Source: Orbicella franksi | Lineage: Eukaryota | NCBI GenBank assembly: GCA_964199315.1 | Contig: OZ116702.1 | Coordinates: 8,990,001 to 9,054,000, forward strand | Direction: 5' to 3' | DNA: 64,000 nt | Shown: in pieces, positions 59,901-64,000 of the stretch | Layout: each line of letters opens with the position of its first letter | Position numbering within the stretch: the stretch's first letter is position 1 | Notes under the pieces: generated by a model | Told to the model about the DNA's origin: nothing | Databases searched by the model: none | Seen by the model: the letters and a program-made list of their open reading frames with translations, nothing else | Translations under genes and position numbers: made by a program

Positions 59901-62757
59901 CTAGGAGTACACCAGTGGTGTGTATTGATTAGATGGCAAACATTACTCAAATTCAATCAAGAGATAGAGCTTCACTTAGCTTGGTATGTATAATCAAGCT
60001 CATCAATTGAACTGTCACCCCTGTCTACTTTTTTGGACGCATCTCCCACATGTACATTTATCAACACTCTTAACTTTGTTCTTCTTGGCAGCTGCCATAC
60101 CCCCAGCACGTGGACGATCTTCAAGCAGCAGTCGGCCCACAGGCAATCAAATCTATCGCACCAGTTCCACTAACTCAGCATCTGTGATCCTTGAGGGACT
60201 TCCAGATTTTAAGCCACCAGAGTGCCAGTATGTAGTGTACCACTGGGGTGGTGGCATCAGTTCACCCACAAAACTTACATTGCCGCAACATGACTCAGAT
60301 GTGGTGCAGGTAGCATCTGGGAGGACGCTGAAAACAGGAGTGACTGGCGGTGGGCGAATGATCATCTGGGACTCTAACAAAAAAGCAGTGAATGTTTCTT
60401 CAGATGCAGCAGATAAGGGAATGTTGTTGGAGGATATGTGGGTAGCAAGGTTCCTTGAGGGGCAGTCTGGAGTGACGATTGTCCAGGTCTCCTGTGGGGA
60501 TTTGTTTGTGGCTTGTTTGACAGGTTCGTGCAGTTCATCCCTTGGTTTTCGTGATTAATACAGTACAATTGTCCATCACATGCAATATGATATTAGGTAA
60601 CAAAAACTAGTCAGAACACTGGCAGTCTTGTAAGATCACAATACTGCACTGTGAGTGCAAAAACAGTCTAATTTGTTTACAAACTGATGTGAGGTATATA
60701 TGAAATAATTCATATTTGAACTGCAGTTGTAGATGAAGGTGAAGAATGATCATTGCAGTAAATTGAACTCGCTCCCAATATGTGGCTTCATAGCTCAGTT
60801 GGTAGAGCATCGCACCGGTATCGCGGAGGTCACAGGTTTGAATCCCGTTGAAGCCCTGATTTTTTCAGGCTTCTTCTTTCCAATTGCTTAAATTGGAAAA
60901 TTTACTGCGATGATCATTCTTCACCTTTATATATAAACTGTCGTAGAAAATATCTGTTTACATGTATCACTCCATACCCATGATCAGTATTACGGTATTG
61001 TTCCCACTGCGTCCCTCTTTTAAATCTTTTAAAGCTTCAGGCTTTTCCTTCTCCAGGCCAGAATTTATGGTAACATTCCTTGCGTTTTGTACTTTACTGC
61101 ATATGTTATGGAGCAACACTATCAAAATCAATAAGGCGTTAACTGCAAGTCTCATTTGCAGTGACTTTATACTGTAAGTACATTGTACGTAAACGTATGT
61201 TCCCCAGGCTTATAGGTAAAGTCTGCATACGAGCCATACAAGCATACAAGCTTATCCCAGTTTCTGTAGCATAAAGCAACTAGGAGTATTTCTTCTCCCA
61301 CCTGGATGGGATGCTAGTCCATCACAGGGTTATCCCCAGCATTAAGTTTACTAGTAACCATTTATACACCTGGGTGGAGACTCTGAGGCACTGTGTGAGT
61401 AAAGTGTCTTGACCAAGAACAAAATGCAATGTCCCCAGCCAGGGCTTGAACCCAGACCACTCGAGCTGGAGACGAGCGCACTAACCACGAGGTTATGGCA
61501 TATGGTATATGGTACATTAATTATCAATGAATGATTGGTAAACGCTTAATTTGAGAAATTGATGCCAGTGTAATTGTCTTTGTTCATAGATCGTGGAATT
61601 CTCATGACCTTTGGAAGTGGTGTGCATGGCTCATTGGGGCATGGGAACCACAATGATGTTGTCCAGGCCAAAATAGTAGAAGCTTTGATTGGATTCGAAG
61701 TAGAACAGGTGAGCTGGACAGGTCTACAACAAGGGGGAAAGGTGTGAGGGGGGGCGGGGGGGAGGCAGTGTTGGCACAATTCACTGAATTACACTTTGCA
61801 AACTTGTCATCCAATTGACCATGCAAGCATCTACTGTTAACAGTTATAATGGAAATACAAAGTCTATATCAGTTTTCAGGTTGTTTCAGGTTATCAGGTT
61901 GCCTCAGTTTTAACATGTTAGATGCCTGTCATTGCAAATGCATAGGAGATTTCTTTTTTGTGTGTTTCTGTTATTGGTTGAATGAGCATGCTGAAATGGT
62001 GTTGCGTCCTCTAAACTGACACACTTTTTTCTCCTCTTCCTTCCCCACATCCTCCCCTTCCCCTCAGGTATCTTGTGGTGCTTCCCATGTAATAGTTGTG
62101 ACAGCCGACCGCGAACTTTTTGCCTGGGGCCGAGGAGATAATGGCCGTCTTGGGCTTGGAAACCAACAGTCACACACGCTCCCACAACCACTGAGTCTCG
62201 AACCTGGCTTCACGGCAAGAGCTGTTAAGTGTGGAGTGGACTGCTCTTTTGTATTAGCCCTCAATGACAGGTTGTTAGCCTGCGGCAGCAACAGATGTAA
62301 CAAGCTGGCCTTGGACATGGATGACCAGACTGTTGACGAGTCACATACCTTAAAACCTATAACTGCTAAGGCGGTAATGGCTGAGCCTGTTAAAGCTGTT
62401 ACCATGGGAACATCACACACTGCAGTGCTGACTGCCAGCGGTAAATGCCTGACATTTGGTTCCAACTCGTTTGGACAGCTTGGGTATGAACGCAAAGGAA
62501 GTTTGCGTGAGCCTCGGATTGTACAAGCTTTGGAAAACAAAAAGTTGACTTTTGTGTCTTGTGGGGACACTTTCACAGTTGCAGTGAGCAATGACAAGGA
62601 TGTGTTCACGTGGGGCAAGGGTGCTCGTGGGCGTCTGGGAGGGCAGTCGGACGATGATTGCTCCACACCAAAGTGTGTTGCTTTACCTGAAAAACTCAAG
62701 GTCTTGTCCGTGTCTTGCAGCCACAGTACAACAATGGTATGTGGAAAAGTGCTGTAA
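56992..62757 (+). CDS. NEK8: NIMA-related kinase 8 (kinase domain plus RCC1 repeats), 4 exons, 698 aa
   Basis: Exons 56992-57847, 60092-60523, 61590-61708, 62068-62757 (2,097 nt, phases consistent). [60 protein letters not shown]; RCC1 repeats VSCGDLF, TFGSGVHGSLGHG, WGRGDNGRLGLG, WGKGARGRLG. Confidence 0.94.
58036..58893. mobile_element. Foldback-like element with about 200-bp imperfect inverted arms, in NEK8 intron 1
   Basis: GTAACCCGAAAACACTGA / TCAGTGTTTTTGGGTTAC termini; complementary subterminal words (aaagatttcacttatgggttgtct / agacaacccataaatgaaatcttt; gtgcaaatgttacagacttggg / cccaagtctgttacatttgcac). Confidence 0.8.
60784..60856 (+). tRNA. tRNA-Thr(GGT)-like pseudo-tRNA inside an inverted-repeat element; probably non-functional
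   Basis: Perfect acceptor stem GGCTTCA/TGAAGCC, D stem GCTC/GAGC, loop CC-GGT-AT. Defects: C33, A-C mismatches in the anticodon and T stems, T loop TTTGAAT. Flanked by 32-bp inverted repeats (60733-60764 / 60899-60930). Confidence 0.45.
61214..61492 (-). mobile_element. tRNA-derived SINE, antisense in NEK8 intron 2
   Basis: On the minus strand, a tRNA-like head with A box (TGGTTAGTGCG) and B box (GGTTCAAGCCC) at about 61440-61490, followed by a body homologous to 28126-28331. Confidence 0.8.
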
Positions 62758-62958
62758 CCCTATACAGACTGGGCATTTTCTCATTCATGTTTACTTACAA
62801 AGTAACGTTTTTACTGAAATAGTGAAAAAGTTATGAACTGTGGTAAAGTGAGTGTGGTGACTTTCAAACCCACCCGTCACCCTGGCCTGAATATGGTTAA
62901 AACATTGGATTGATACTGACAATACTGGGCTTGGCTGTTCAACAGCAAACCAAGGATT

Positions 62959-63045
62959 GTTCATATAGTGTGATCGTCTGGGTGAGTGTAGTTCTGAAAA
63001 GAACTGTTGTTGGTACACTCACCCGGACGATCACACTATACGAAC
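62959..63045. repeat. 32-bp-arm palindrome about 200 nt downstream of the NEK8 stop
   Basis: GTTCATATAGTGTGATCGTCTGGGTGAGTGTA / TACACTCACCCGGACGATCACACTATACGAAC, 2 mismatches, 23-nt loop. Confidence 0.85.
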
Positions 63046-64000
63046 TACTGATACTCCTGGGTTCAAACCATTTACTATGAAACCAAGGATTAACAACAAT
63101 TTTTATTACAGTTTTGTAACTTTTCAGTTTTTATTGTTTGTCCTTCAGTTTTGAGCAGAGTAATCTCAAACTACACAAAAGAATAAGTGGTAAAAAAAAA
63201 ATTGTAAGTAAGAAAAACAAATATTTCTTTTAACAACCCGACCATGTGCTGTACTTTCTTCTTGAGCCATCTCCTTTTGAACATTTGAAGTTCTGCTTTT
63301 TAGTGGCACCAGTGCCAAAGATGAACTCTTGATTTGAAAATCTGTTTTCAGTCCAGTATCTATTTTTTACCTTCCTTTCTTATCTTTTTTTTTTTTTTTT
63401 TTGATCTTCTAAAAGTTTCTAATTCTACTGAAGTATTGAAAAAGTTATAAACTGTTATAAAGTGGGTCCAGCAACCTTTCCAACCTCCCCCCTCCCCCCC
63501 CCCTTACCCCCACCATCCATCCCAGTCTGTGTAGAGTTAAAAAAAAATACTGGAGAAATGTTACAATAACATGATGCTGTTCTTTGTTCTCAAGTCAATT
63601 TGAAATGTGAATTTCCACTTTCTAGAGGCACCGAATTAATGAACTCTTGATCTGAAACTGTATTTTACTAATAATAATAGAATGGGGAAAGCCAGAAAAA
63701 TAAGCAATGTTCTTCCTAGAACTTCACTCTTCAGTTTTTGAACTGCCTCACTATTGTGTGCCAGTAGCTCCACTAGTTATGCAAGCACGTACATTTCAAT
63801 TTTTAAGATGCTGGTGCTGGCAATATTGGCAATTTTTACATGTATTTTTTACCATAAGCTCGATTTCTGCTGCTCTCCCAAGCACGAGCTCATTTCCCAA
63901 AACAGCAGCTGGTAATCAAGCCTAGTTTTATCATTGCAACATTTTAACCTATCATTTATAGTTTGTTGCTAGCATGGAACAAGGAAAGAGCCCATTAACT

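Noticed and set aside
63620-63925. Possible last exons of a convergent minus-strand gene (LPAAVLGNELVLGRAAEIELM; ELLAHNSEAVQKLK..hydrophobic tail)
   Set aside because: Splice phases of the two pieces do not match and no family is recognised; needs sequence beyond the window.

Overview
Eukaryotic (metazoan) genomic DNA with GT-AG introns and a dense load of MITE/SINE repeats. The repeat families and gene style suggest a scleractinian coral or other anthozoan (inference). Four protein-coding genes can be spliced with consistent phases. (1) A full-length three-SRR sacsin-like gene on the minus strand (ATG 16482; about 4,380 codons in the window; terminal HEPN exon lies off the left edge). (2) A tandem sacsin paralogue on the minus strand (40481-28409, about 3,100 aa) that kept the duplicated upstream non-coding blocks and start exon but lost the whole first SRR module. 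(3) CCDC13 (minus, 13 exons, 764 aa). (4) NEK8 (plus, 4 exons, 698 aa), head-to-head with CCDC13, with only 202 bp between start codons. The most notable signals are in the sacsin pair: a two-SRR derivative apparently made by splicing to a latent acceptor at the SRR2 start, an HPD-to-HPE change in both J-domains, a HEPN domain with prokaryote-like residues, and GAS/IRF-like motifs in the duplicated upstream block. Also present: a near-identical inverted MITE pair, a pseudo-tRNA inside an inverted-repeat element, SINEs and satellites. All models were built by eye; no database searches were run.
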